45,458 bases of DNA from the sequence record OP793496.1; one strand, 5' to 3'. Numbering within the stretch: the stretch's first letter is position 1; the number at the start of each line of letters is the position of its first letter. This document shows, piece after piece, positions 17,204 to 26,794 of this stretch. The translations under genes and the position numbers were made by a program. This DNA is from Pseudomonas phage vB_PseudoP-SA22. The notes beneath the pieces were generated by a model that was not told where the DNA came from, ran no database searches, and saw only the letters and a list, made by a program, of their open reading frames with translations.

Positions 17204-20200
17204 ATGGCTCTTTCCCCTGAAATGAAAGCCGCTATTGCTGCGGAACTGGCTGAGGTAAAAGACCTCGATGTAGCCGCTGAATTGGCTTCGTTGAATGAGC
17301 CAGAAGAAGCAGAGGTAGCTCCCCAGGAAGTAACCCCTGAGGTTGTACCTGAAGCTGCCCCAGACCTGAGCGCTTTGGCTGCTCCGGCTGATCCTAATTC
17401 TATTGGTTCTGCGATCAATCGTGGGATCGATACCATGCAATCTAACATCGGTGGTACTATCGCTACCGTTGGTGAACTAACCGGAAGTGACTTCCTCAAA
17501 GACTACGGCACTCAGATGGCTGAGGAGAATGCCCAAGAGGTGTCACAGTACGGAACCCCAGATGTTCGGTCTTTTGCCGATATCCAAGATATTCCCTCCA
17601 TTGGTTCTTTCCTAAAGAATAATATCTCAGAAGCCCTCCCCTCAATGGGAGCCGTAATGGCTGGTGGTGCCGCAGGTGCTAAGGCTGGATCCATGTTTGG
17701 TGCCCCTGGTCGTATGGGTGGTGCCCTCATAGGTTCTTTCCTGAGCTCCATGGGCATCAACGTAGGTGCTCTGAACAACCAGATGAAGGAGCTTGACCCC
17801 GAGGGTAGTAACCCCTGGACTGCTGTCCTAGGTGGTGCTGGCCTCTCGGTACTAGATACTGCGGGTGCTGGTGTTATCGCTGCCCCACTCCTCAAGCACA
17901 TCGGTAAAGATGGCGCTTACCAAATGTTGGTCCAATCGGGCCTACCTAAGCAGACTGCCATTGAGGCTGTTACTCAGGCTGGTAAGCATGCGGCTGTCTC
18001 TGGTGTGGCTGAGGGTGTTACCTCTGGTGCCCAACAGGCCCTACAGGACACCATTGCTTATGATGCAGTAGGACAAGTACAACGTCCAGAAGAGTTCATG
18101 GATAACCTACTGACGGCTGCATTCGCTGGATCTGCCATGGGTGTAGGTGGGGGTGCTGTATCCTCTGGTCTTAACACTATGTCCAGCAACAAGGATGCAG
18201 CAGGCTCAGCCCATACCGACCCTAACGCCCCTGCGGCTGCTCCTACGGCTTCCGAAATGGAGCCTAGGGGTACTATCAGGAAGGCCTGGGATGCCATGGG
18301 TAATGAAGCTACGGCCCTCCTGGAGCCACTTGCTAAGGCCTCCCCGATAGCCCGTGAGTTCTCTGAGACCTTTAGGGCTGACATGAGTGGTGAGAGGGCT
18401 TCTGGTAAGACAATCTTCGAGGATCAGGAACTCCAGGCTGGTAAGTGGAACACTGCCCTGGATAACATCATCGAAGGCAAGTCCAATAAGGAGATCCGCC
18501 AGATCATCAATGATGCCTCTATGGGTGTCAATACCCCTGAGGCTACCGCCCTCCGAGATATCTTGAATGATGTTAGGGCTGAGGCTAGTGGTCGAGGAGG
18601 TATGTCCGTTGGGAATATCGTCAACTATATGCCCTTTGGACTGTCCCGTAAGAAGGTAGAATCCCCTGAGTTCCTAGATGATATTACTCCTTATTTTCAA
18701 GACCGTCAGGCTGCTGAGGACGCTGTAGCTAATTGGCTGGCAGAGACTTCGGATGATACCCGAGGTAATACTGCCCCAGAGGTTACCCGCCTAGTTACTC
18801 AGAATCAGACTACGGGTGCTTGGGAAGTAGATCCACGGTATCGTATCCAGGGAGATCCTGATACCCTTCGGGGACGGTTCGCCCAGAGTGATGCAGTACC
18901 TAAGTATGGTCAACTGGAGGAAAGTCGTTCCTTTGGATCTGTACCTCAGGAGATCCTTAATAAATACACCCTCAATGAATCCCCTAAAGACCTCATCCAA
19001 GAGATCCGGGATTACTTCGAGGGATCTTCCCACCGGATTGCCTTTACCGAGCGGTTTGGTATCAACGGGGAGAAGGCCAACGCTATGATTGCTTCGGCAG
19101 TAGCAGAGGCTCAACAAAATGGTAAGCGAGTAACTAAAGAAGAAGTAGACCGGATGTATGACCTAGTGGATGCCTATAACGGTATGCACGGTCGTATCAA
19201 AGATCCGAATATCAAGAAGCTGGCTGCTGTAGTGTCTGGTGGCTTGGTCTTGTCTCGTCTTCCTTTGGCTGGTCTCTCCACCCTAACTGAGTTCAGTATC
19301 CCATTTGCTAAGGCTGGTCCCATGACTGCCCTGGGTGCTGTTCTCCCGACGGTGGGTGAAGTTGCCCGTCAGGCTACTCGTAGTGTATTCAGCAGCATTC
19401 CTAAATCTGAGACTGGGAGACTCATGAGTGATATGAACCACACACTGGCCTCTGCTACCTCTTTGATGGCAGATCGGGTTGGTGCTGAGGTATTCAACCA
19501 GTACACTCAGAAGGCTGTACGTGGGATGTTCTTGGTCAACGGTCTGTCCATCCTGACCCATGTTGACCGAGTATTCGCCACAGAGACAGCCAAAAGGGTC
19601 TATCAGAACAACCTCATGGACCTCGCCGCTGGGCTTCCCTTTAGCTCAGCTAATGGTGCCCTTAAGGTTGCTCAACTTAGGGAAATGGGTGTGAACGTGA
19701 GTAGCCAAGCGGATGCCCTCAGATTGGTATCCCCAGCAACCCCTTCGGAGGTTCTGATGGCCAACAACGTTAAGACCCTAGCTATCCGCAGGTTCGTAGA
19801 CCAGACGGTCCTTGACCCCACCTTCGCTGACAAGCCTATGTGGATGAGTAATGGTAACGTCCAGATGTTCGGACTTCTGAAGGGTTATCCAGCAGCTTAT
19901 GGTAACATTATCCTCCCGATGATGCGCCGTAGGTTGTCCCCTCACTTCACTGGTTCTTGGACCAATGCTGGGATGGGGGCTGCGGGTGTAGCCTTCACGC
20001 TTGGTCTGATGATGAGCCTGGGTTACATCCAGGATGAACTCCGTCAGATGGCTAAACTTGGTGGCTCTAGTCGTGAGGATACCCGATCAGAAGAGCAAAG
20101 GATGATGGATGTATTGATGCAACAGATGCCACTCCAGGCCTCTATGATCTACGATATGCTAACAGCTTACCGGAGAGGCACCACCCCGGCAGAGGTACTC

Positions 20201-20374
20201 CTGGGCCCTGTCGCAGGTGCAGCTACCGAAGGTGCTCTGGCTGCTGGTAAGACTATTGCATCCTTCAATGATGATCCTTCCGCTGGTGAGATTTGGAAGT
20301 TCTTGTATAAGCAAACTCCGGCCCGTCCTTTCGTTGCAGGTATGGAAGCAATGGAAGACGCCCTGGATCTATAA
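17204..20374 (+). CDS. Large internal virion / DNA-ejection protein (1056 aa) with glycine-zipper hydrophobic segments
   Basis: GAVMAGGAAGAKAGSMFGAPGRMGGALIGSFLSSMGINVGAL and VLGGAGLSVLDTAGAGVIAAPLL; largest ORF, no polymerase motifs. Confidence 0.55.
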   Translation: MALSPEMKAAIAAELAEVKDLDVAAELASLNEPEEAEVAPQEVTPEVVPEAAPDLSALAAPADPNSIGSAINRGIDTMQSNIGGTIATVGELTGSDFLKDYGTQMAEENAQEVSQYGTPDVRSFADIQDIPSIGSFLKNNISEALPSMGAVMAGGAAGAKAGSMFGAPGRMGGALIGSFLSSMGINVGALNNQMKELDPEGSNPWTAVLGGAGLSVLDTAGAGVIAAPLLKHIGKDGAYQMLVQSGLPKQTAIEAVTQAGKHAAVSGVAEGVTSGAQQALQDTIAYDAVGQVQRPEEFMDNLLTAAFAGSAMGVGGGAVSSGLNTMSSNKDAAGSAHTDPNAPAAAPTASEMEPRGTIRKAWDAMGNEATALLEPLAKASPIAREFSETFRADMSGERASGKTIFEDQELQAGKWNTALDNIIEGKSNKEIRQIINDASMGVNTPEATALRDILNDVRAEASGRGGMSVGNIVNYMPFGLSRKKVESPEFLDDITPYFQDRQAAEDAVANWLAETSDDTRGNTAPEVTRLVTQNQTTGAWEVDPRYRIQGDPDTLRGRFAQSDAVPKYGQLEESRSFGSVPQEILNKYTLNESPKDLIQEIRDYFEGSSHRIAFTERFGINGEKANAMIASAVAEAQQNGKRVTKEEVDRMYDLVDAYNGMHGRIKDPNIKKLAAVVSGGLVLSRLPLAGLSTLTEFSIPFAKAGPMTALGAVLPTVGEVARQATRSVFSSIPKSETGRLMSDMNHTLASATSLMADRVGAEVFNQYTQKAVRGMFLVNGLSILTHVDRVFATETAKRVYQNNLMDLAAGLPFSSANGALKVAQLREMGVNVSSQADALRLVSPATPSEVLMANNVKTLAIRRFVDQTVLDPTFADKPMWMSNGNVQMFGLLKGYPAAYGNIILPMMRRRLSPHFTGSWTNAGMGAAGVAFTLGLMMSLGYIQDELRQMAKLGGSSREDTRSEEQRMMDVLMQQMPLQASMIYDMLTAYRRGTTPAEVLLGPVAGAATEGALAAGKTIASFNDDPSAGEIWKFLYKQTPARPFVAGMEAMEDALDL

Positions 20375-20385
20375 GGAGAAGTATA

Positions 20386-21272
20386 TGGCAACTTATGTAG
20401 AAACTGATGCCGCTGGTCCTGGTGGCCGTGCCTACGTGGTTGATGTGCCAAAAGTCTTCCGACGTAATGCCGATGGTGATCTCATTGAGATTACCTCGGA
20501 TGCCGGTCGGGTGAATACTAACATCGTTACCGCTACAGAGTTCCTCCCTGACTATTATGCAGTTAAGGAGAACGCAGCCCTAGTAGTAGAGAACGTTACA
20601 GCCTCCTTCCCGGAGAACCCCTCAGAGGCCGTTATCCCCTCTGTCCTGGTCAACACCCTCGTGGGTGCTCCTGGGGAAACCTCGGGTGGTAACCGTGACC
20701 CTGGCCACGTGATTGGTCTGTTCTCTGAGACCATGATTGAGGCACCTTGCGGTACTGCATTCGGTAGTGAATTCCGAGTGGACCCTCGACGGGAACACCT
20801 GGGTGTTTACGTGGCTATTAAGCACGTGATTGGCCCGGATGACCAAAACGGTGGTACCATCGGGGATTACATTATCGAGCAGTTTGATGACATGCGTGGT
20901 CCTGTGAAGAACATTGGTTCTCTCCAACAGAACTACCTGGATCCCCGCCTTGTGACTACTCACCTTGGGGGTAACGTCGTCAACACCCAGCAGCTTACTC
21001 AGAACATTACCCTGACTAAGCAGCAGTCTGGTTGGTTCTTCATGTCTCAAGGGACCACGGATATCACCGTGACTCTTGGTCCAGATGTAACCCCAGGTTG
21101 TCACTTCCACTTTATCCAAGGATCGGCGGCTAAGATCAAGTTCGCTGTATCTCCGGACAAGGCTTGGTATGCTAAGGGTAATCAGACGGAGACTGATGGT
21201 CAATTTGGGGAATGCACTGTCCGAGTGTATCCTTTCGGTGGTACCGTGGGTACCTTCAAATCGGCAGTTTAA
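20386..21272 (+). CDS. Structural protein (about 295 aa; inner ATG with GGAG SD of track ORF 20217..21272)
   Basis: ggagaagtatATGGCAACTTAT. Confidence 0.5.
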
Positions 21273-21286
21273 TTAGGAGTTAGATT

Positions 21287-21643
21287 ATGGCAGGTTATAT
21301 CGCTGACAACGACGGCAACAGTGTATTCGTTATTCAATCGAAAGCTATTGCTGTACGCAATGAAGATGGGACCCTTCGACAAGTCATTGGCCCGAAAGAC
21401 TTTGAGCCAGTGAAGTGGGAGGATATTGAGGGGAAGCCTAAGCTTCTGGAGGTGGGTGCTAAGGCTAGTGAGGCTAAACCAGGTAACTGGAAGCCTAAGG
21501 CTAGCGAAGTGAGTGGCCTATATGAAGCCATTGCGGCTTCCATCCAGGATAAGATATCTGAGATCCCCGTGGCTTCCTATACGGATACTCACGAGGCACT
21601 CGTGGATAAGTTCAATACACTACTGAACGCTCTCCGGAGCTAA
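21287..21643 (+). CDS. Last gene of rightward unit (118 aa)
   Basis: ORF track; followed by terminator. Confidence 0.5.
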   Translation: MAGYIADNDGNSVFVIQSKAIAVRNEDGTLRQVIGPKDFEPVKWEDIEGKPKLLEVGAKASEAKPGNWKPKASEVSGLYEAIAASIQDKISEIPVASYTDTHEALVDKFNTLLNALRS

Positions 21644-21647
21644 AGAT

Positions 21648-21685
21648 AAGGCCCCTTGGGATGATACCCTTGGGGCCTTTTTTTT
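21648..21685. terminator. Bidirectional intrinsic terminator at the convergence point of the two transcription units
   Basis: aaggcccc...ggggcctt 8-bp stem with inner 3-bp stem, then T8 on + strand; A-tract/stem on - strand. Confidence 0.75.
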
Positions 21686-21687
21686 GG

Positions 21688-21891
21688 TTACTCGACGGGG
21701 TGGTAGACTGGCGAATCCCTATACTGTAGGTCCTCCAGAATGAAATCTTTAGCATTTTTCAAGGAGTAGAAAGTTAGAAAATGACCGTCTATATCCTTGA
21801 GGGTTCTCCACATAAAGAAAACCCTCTTTTGTACATAGAAGACATGTTTTCCTATCTGCTGCACTCGATACTTCATAAGGAACCTGCCCAA
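21688..21891 (-). CDS. Hypothetical protein, last gene of leftward unit
   Basis: ORF track. Confidence 0.35.
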   Translation of the reverse strand: MGRFLMKYRVQQIGKHVFYVQKRVFFMWRTLKDIDGHFLTFYSLKNAKDFILEDLQYRDSPVYHPVE

Positions 21892-22020
21892 GATAACACT
21901 TCGATGAGGAGTCTGGATATTTCTCCCAGAGTCAGGAGTAACATCAGTCAGCTATATCCTACATAAACCAGCAGGGCAAACAAGGCTGCTACTGCAATGT
22001 AGGTCCAAGGAAATCTACCC

Positions 22021-22229
22021 TTATCCTTTTGATCTTTCTGCATAACCCCTCCAATCTCCGTAGAATACAGAAGCCCTGAGGTCTACTAGGTCTAGCATTC
22101 CTTCGAGGAATTCAATCTGTCTTTTAGCTTCTTCAGCCAACTCTTCAAAGGAAAAGGCCTTCGCCTCAGCCTTCGCAAGAGCGCTTTGCGTCTCTTCAAG
22201 TGCTTTCTCCAGTTCAGCCTTTGTCATAG
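22021..22229 (-). CDS. Small coiled-coil protein (start set at the ATG inside the GTACTATGAC motif)
   Basis: MTKAELEKALEETQSALAKAEAKAFSFEELAEEAKRQIEFLEG. Confidence 0.4.
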
Positions 22230-22423
22230 TACACCACCTTGTCACTGCTCCTGAGAACATACTCAGCGTCAATAGTCCAACTCATGGTCGGGCATTTGAT
22301 CCGAATCATCTTGGGGGTAAACCCATCGACGGTGCCAATGGCTAGATGGGAGGAGGTGTTCCTGTGGACCAGGAAGACTACACTGTCCCCTACCTCTAGC
22401 TTACGTCCCACTCGATCTTTCAT
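22214..22423 (-). CDS. Hypothetical protein (69 aa)
   Basis: ORF track. Confidence 0.35.
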   Translation of the reverse strand: MKDRVGRKLEVGDSVVFLVHRNTSSHLAIGTVDGFTPKMIRIKCPTMSWTIDAEYVLRSSDKVVYYDKG

Positions 22424-22426
22424 AGA

Positions 22427-22723
22427 TTACCCCAAGATATCCGGAAGGTGAACGCTGGGGATGTAGAGGATCTCCAGGACTTCGATGGAATACATCCCTC
22501 GCCTAAGCCCCTCCTCAGCACCCCCTTTCCCAAACTTCATATCCAGCCAGAGTTCTGCGGAGATCGGCGTCTTAAACGCCAACCCCCGTTGACCGAAGTC
22601 ATGCTCAGACTTAATGTAGTACAGGTCTGGCAAGAACTTACTCACAGGAACTCCTCCACGCTCATCAGTTTGAGGTCGTACTCTCCATCCTTGTGGTTCC
22701 GGAGGAGGGCTACACCTCGCCAA
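22427..22723 (-). CDS. Hypothetical protein (98 aa)
   Basis: ORF track. Confidence 0.35.
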   Translation of the reverse strand: MARCSPPPEPQGWRVRPQTDERGGVPVSKFLPDLYYIKSEHDFGQRGLAFKTPISAELWLDMKFGKGGAEEGLRRGMYSIEVLEILYIPSVHLPDILG

Positions 22724-23403
22724 TGGTCGTTACCCTGCGGCCCCTTGTAGGACTCATCGTGGGTATAGAAGCTTCCGACTACCAGCCCGTGGATTCGCTT
22801 CTTACCTACTGCCTCGATGTGGTACTTGAATCCTTGCTCATGACCTTGGACGAAGCTGCGCTTGATCTTATTGAGGCGATGCTCGGCACTCCCGCCGTAT
22901 GGCCGACCACTGTTGGGATTGTAGAAGTAGTGGGCGAAGGCGACACCTTCGATAACACCCACGTCGAGGAAATCATGGACAATCCAATCGGACAGATCAA
23001 AATGATCGTACCCAATAAAACCTTGGAGAGCAGGGTTAGAATTTTCATACCGCTTGATACGCTCCTCGTGGTTTCCGATGAAGAAGTGCATTTCTGGTCG
23101 GTAGATACGCTTCTTACAACCCGCTTGGTGTTGCTGTAGGCGGCGAAGAGGATCGAGCAGAACTCGCATCGCATCATTACCAGCTTGTATGTCAGCGAGG
23201 ACTCGACGGCCTTCGATCTTAGCGGTACCACGATCGTAGCTTGACAGACTGGGCATGTCCCAATGGTCCCCAATATGAACAATTCGCTTGGGGCGGTTAC
23301 GTGCGATCCACTCCCCAAGGTTCCCGAGGTGATCGATGTTGACCTCGGATCGAACTTGGGTGTCCGCAATGACGAGAGTGTCTTCATTATACTTCTTACT
23401 CAT
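22642..23403 (-). CDS. Calcineurin-like metallophosphoesterase
   Basis: IVHIGDHWDMP...YDRG and FFIGNHEERI correspond to the GDxxDRG and GNHE motifs of the PPP/lambda-phosphatase fold. Confidence 0.7.
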   Translation of the reverse strand: MSKKYNEDTLVIADTQVRSEVNIDHLGNLGEWIARNRPKRIVHIGDHWDMPSLSSYDRGTAKIEGRRVLADIQAGNDAMRVLLDPLRRLQQHQAGCKKRIYRPEMHFFIGNHEERIKRYENSNPALQGFIGYDHFDLSDWIVHDFLDVGVIEGVAFAHYFYNPNSGRPYGGSAEHRLNKIKRSFVQGHEQGFKYHIEAVGKKRIHGLVVGSFYTHDESYKGPQGNDHWRGVALLRNHKDGEYDLKLMSVEEFL

Positions 23404-23869
23404 TAGGGAAGGACTCCTTGAAAGTCTCTAGAGTAAACCAGCGGAATCCGTTACGTTCGGCCCATTCCGCCATGGATTGCTTTGTGCCATCTTTACGCTT
23501 GGAAAGCCAATGGCAAGCTGTGTTGGGTCGCTCGAAGATAAACACAAGTTCAGTATCTGGGGGGAGAGCCTCCCTCACCCAGACGTACTTGGCTGCCTCC
23601 GAGGCCTCCTGGAAGTACCCCTTGACTTCAACCAGCAGATGCTTCGTCGATCCACAGGGTTGTAAGGTCGATACCTTGAAATCCGGCTTGTACTTGTGTT
23701 CGATGACGTATGGTACCGGCTCCGGCTTGAACTGCATCCAAGGCATCGTCTCGTGGACGATCTTCTCGGTTTCGCTGTCGTACTTCGTCCCAATCAATGA
23801 CTTCAGTTTGGGTCTGAAGAATCTCCCCTGCTTTGCCAATGAGCCCTCCTTCTTGAAGCTTACGGACAA
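23396..23869 (-). CDS. T7 gene 3-like endonuclease I (Holliday-junction resolving PD-(D/E)xK nuclease)
   Basis: YKPDFKV...LLVEVKGYFQ aligns with T7 endo I YTPDFLLPNGIFVETKG; flanking PYVI..H and C-terminal similarity from memory. Confidence 0.75.
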   Translation of the reverse strand: MSVSFKKEGSLAKQGRFFRPKLKSLIGTKYDSETEKIVHETMPWMQFKPEPVPYVIEHKYKPDFKVSTLQPCGSTKHLLVEVKGYFQEASEAAKYVWVREALPPDTELVFIFERPNTACHWLSKRKDGTKQSMAEWAERNGFRWFTLETFKESFPNE

Positions 23870-24575
23870 CCGATAGCGTCCCCTCAGTGAGGACAGAGTT
23901 AGACCGGATCAGCAGCCAAACCCAATCCCCCAGGCACACCCGGAACTCCGGATACTTCAGTTTGATACGTTGGATATGAGAGACAACCTTTTCAACTTGG
24001 TTGTCAGTTAGGGGCTGAGAGTGATCCAGAAGAGGGTCTAGGACTCGGTTAAGAGTGATGCACTTCCCTTCTTTATCAAACTCATAAGCCCTTGAACGGT
24101 AGACTTGAGACTTCAGACCACGGATGCTTGTGGGCCAACATGCGATTTCACACAACCCAATATCGAACTCTGCTGGATGGGAGTGAGTACTCACGACAAG
24201 GTTGACGGGTAGGTCAACACCAATGGATTCCCACACATCAAACCCCGCAGGATACCCATCAGGCTTATCCCCAGTCCTACACCGGACCTTCTTGTGTCCT
24301 ATCTTATTGTAGAACCGAGTGACCTCTACCTCTAGGGTATCATCATCACAGGGGATCAACCGTGGGCCGAATCGACTACGGCGAGTATCAGTAGGGTCCT
24401 CCACATATGGTCTACGGACATAGAGGTCGATATCCTTAGGTGCAACCCCGTTGTCTGCATCCCGAAGGAAACCACCAGCAACCTTGTAGTCAGTGAAGCC
24501 AAGACCTTCGAGGATCTCAAAGAGACCTTCACAGATCCTCTGTGCTTCATCAATAGAATATTTCTTCATCGTCAT
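23628..24575 (-). CDS. Pol-beta-superfamily nucleotidyltransferase with CCA-adding/poly(A)-polymerase-type head domain
   Basis: VAGGFLRDADNGVAPKDIDLYV matches GGxVRD...DIDh of class-II tRNA nucleotidyltransferases. The last 242 nt overlap the endonuclease I gene in another frame. Confidence 0.55.
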   Translation of the reverse strand: MTMKKYSIDEAQRICEGLFEILEGLGFTDYKVAGGFLRDADNGVAPKDIDLYVRRPYVEDPTDTRRSRFGPRLIPCDDDTLEVEVTRFYNKIGHKKVRCRTGDKPDGYPAGFDVWESIGVDLPVNLVVSTHSHPAEFDIGLCEIACWPTSIRGLKSQVYRSRAYEFDKEGKCITLNRVLDPLLDHSQPLTDNQVEKVVSHIQRIKLKYPEFRVCLGDWVWLLIRSNSVLTEGTLSVVRKLQEGGLIGKAGEILQTQTEVIDWDEVRQRNREDRPRDDALDAVQAGAGTIRHRTQVQAGFQGIDLTTLWIDEASAG

Positions 24576-25437
24576 AGGGAATCTCCCAATGTTTCTTCAG
24601 TGAGCAGTGATACTCGTTACCGGACTGCTGAATATCAAGCCAAGAGCGGTCCCGAATGAGGTAGAGGAGACGAAAATTCTCCAGAAGGTACTCTTTCCAA
24701 CTATCTCCGTACTTCTGTTGGTAGGCGTAAGCGCAAGCTGCGAAGAGATCTCTCTCACTAGAAAGCTCCCCAAGCAAATCTGCCGCTGTCTTTGGTCCCG
24801 TCCCTGGGAGACCTGGTATGTTATCCACGGAGTCACCAACAAGGAGTTGCCCGTAGAGGAATGCCGTACCGTTGCCCTCAAGCTTCCATGACTTCTGGGG
24901 CTTCTTAACGCCATACATTCTCCAAGAAGCGGAGACCCTTCCAAGACCATCAACCTGAAACGGTCCCAACTCCGGCTGGGAATCTCCACAGGGCCAACTG
25001 TAATGGTAGCATCCTGGGACTTGGCGGATATCCTTGTCTCTAGAACACGCTGTAAAGTTATCTCCCTCTTCAGTCCCTCGAATCCCGAGCCAGTCATCAG
25101 CCTCGATACCGTGGAGAGTGATTGCTCCCCACTTGTTCTTAAGTCTGTCTGACACGGTTTCCCAGTGATGAGGCTTTTCAAGACCGATTCGAGTACCCTT
25201 ATATTGCTTGATTTTCGCAAGCTCCAGCCTAAAATTTCCTTGGCCAGTAAGGTAGATTTCATACTCATCTGCATTCACCCTTTTGATAATTTGTTCGACT
25301 TTATCATCGACGAGTTTGTGGACTTCTTCCTCAGGCCATGGCTTCTCCACCTGGATATCGAAGATGTGTTCCTTCGACATAGCCACGTGGCCTAGCTCAT
25401 ACCTAAGAACGTCACCATCGATACCAGCAATCATCAC
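24550..25437 (-). CDS. 5'-3' exonuclease / flap endonuclease (T7 gp6 / Pol I 5'-nuclease family)
   Basis: H3TH motif LVGDSVDNIPGLPGTGPKTAADLL; acidic clusters GIDGD, EADD. Confidence 0.85.
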   Translation of the reverse strand: MMIAGIDGDVLRYELGHVAMSKEHIFDIQVEKPWPEEEVHKLVDDKVEQIIKRVNADEYEIYLTGQGNFRLELAKIKQYKGTRIGLEKPHHWETVSDRLKNKWGAITLHGIEADDWLGIRGTEEGDNFTACSRDKDIRQVPGCYHYSWPCGDSQPELGPFQVDGLGRVSASWRMYGVKKPQKSWKLEGNGTAFLYGQLLVGDSVDNIPGLPGTGPKTAADLLGELSSERDLFAACAYAYQQKYGDSWKEYLLENFRLLYLIRDRSWLDIQQSGNEYHCSLKKHWEIPYDDEEIFY

Positions 25438-25718
25438 GTTACCTCTTCTACGACCTGAGACTCTTTGAGCTTCTCTTCCCAGAAGACACGAAGGGCAAAG
25501 GCTTCACCCTTGGCTCGATACTCTGGGTGCTCTACCACCGGATTAACCAGTGCCTCGTAGCCCTTCCAGTCGTAATATTCACTCTCTTGACGCTTGGCCT
25601 TGTCCATAGCTTCCTCCGTTAGGCTGTAGCCTGGGGGAAGCCCCAGGTCTACATCGATGCCCATTACAGAGTAGTTGCTAGGAACAGTCTTAGCCCTTGC
25701 ATCCAACAGAAGTTCCAT
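25434..25718 (-). CDS. Hypothetical protein (94 aa)
   Basis: ORF track; ATGA overlap with downstream gene. Confidence 0.4.
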   Translation of the reverse strand: MELLLDARAKTVPSNYSVMGIDVDLGLPPGYSLTEEAMDKAKRQESEYYDWKGYEALVNPVVEHPEYRAKGEAFALRVFWEEKLKESQVVEEVT

Positions 25719-26193
25719 TGGAGTCCTCCTCTTGCTGAATGACGAGTTCCAGAGACGCTAGGGCGTTCCATACTTCGTGATACCGGTGGGGTAGATTACT
25801 TTGGGGGTCCAAAGCTTCACCCTTGTGTCGCTCAAGGAGGTGTCTCCCGAAGGCAGCGTCATATCGCTGGACTCCGTTCTCGACGGATCTCCAACCCCCG
25901 CGACTATACTTGCTGGCTCCGAAGTTAGCAACTTGTGCCACTGCATATAGAGCCCTCGGGAACGCTTCGAAGATGATTCCAACATCCACCTTGCCGCTAT
26001 CGAGTTTAGCACCCGGTTCACCCGGCTTGATTCCATTAGGATCGACCTCTACTTTATTATTAGATGCAGCTGTAGAACTGACCACCCTTACACCCCACAC
26101 TCTCTCGAATTCAATTAAGCAGTAGGGGCAGCCCAATGGGCATACCCCCGCCTCGTGATCCTCCAAGCCCTTAGATAGGAGCGTCTTCGTCAT
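25690..26193 (-). CDS. Possible dATP/dGTP pyrophosphohydrolase-like domain protein (start set at inner Met)
   Basis: KLDSGKVDVGIIFEAFPRALYAVAQVANFGASKYSRGGWRS resembles the KYDsGK...P.al..VA.V...Ga.KY...W signature of the phage dATP/dGTP PPase N-terminal domain (from memory). Confidence 0.4.
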   Translation of the reverse strand: MTKTLLSKGLEDHEAGVCPLGCPYCLIEFERVWGVRVVSSTAASNNKVEVDPNGIKPGEPGAKLDSGKVDVGIIFEAFPRALYAVAQVANFGASKYSRGGWRSVENGVQRYDAAFGRHLLERHKGEALDPQSNLPHRYHEVWNALASLELVIQQEEDSNGTSVGCKG

Positions 26194-26725
26194 CGAATAC
26201 CTCGTCGAATACATCCTCGGGCTCTTCCTCGGTGAAGGCACCACCGAACAGCGGATCATCCTCACCGTCACCACCGGATACAATCTCGTGGAGTCGTACA
26301 CCACGGAGACGCAGGGCCGTCATAGTACCCTTACCTCGCGGACCCTTCTGAGTCTCGATCAGGATACCAACCTCGCCAGTAGAACCACCCCACGGATTGG
26401 GGCCATCATACGGCTTGTTGTCCGAGGTCAGAACCACCGGCTTCATCACGGCAGACTTGCGCTCACCGTCTTGCATCCAATCCACGTGCTTCTTCTGCTT
26501 TACCTTGAACAGGTACTCGCCATCACGCTCTTGGTATTTGATGGTATCCTTCAGACGGGCATCTTTGGATTCCATCTGTTGGACCAGCTTGTCTGCCTCT
26601 TCCTTGGTTGGAATGCAGATGGTTACTTGGTAGACTTCACCGTACTCGGTGTCCGGAGTTACGATGTAGGGGAAGATCAGCTTCGCTACCGGGAAGGTGA
26701 ATCGTTGGGATACTTTCTTAGACAT
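26171..26725 (-). CDS. Single-stranded DNA-binding protein, T7 gp2.5-like
   Basis: N-terminal PYIVTPDTEYGEVYQVTICIPTKEE parallels T7 gp2.5 PYAYIAKPDYG...YKVDLTIPNKD; acidic C-terminal tail EEEPEDVFDEVFDDEDAPI. Confidence 0.7.
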   Translation of the reverse strand: MSKKVSQRFTFPVAKLIFPYIVTPDTEYGEVYQVTICIPTKEEADKLVQQMESKDARLKDTIKYQERDGEYLFKVKQKKHVDWMQDGERKSAVMKPVVLTSDNKPYDGPNPWGGSTGEVGILIETQKGPRGKGTMTALRLRGVRLHEIVSGGDGEDDPLFGGAFTEEEPEDVFDEVFDDEDAPI

Positions 26726-26753
26726 ATCTTAAACCTCTCGTAGGGAAGAAGGT

Positions 26754-26782
26754 ATTATACCACAGAGGGGGCTGAAAGTCAA
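26754..26782 (-). promoter_or_regulatory. Near-consensus sigma70 promoter (TTGACT-17-TATAAT, extended TGTGg) upstream of SSB gene
   Basis: Minus strand gTTGACTttcagccccctctgtggTATAATacc. Confidence 0.7.
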
Positions 26783-26794
26783 CCCCCAGATGTA

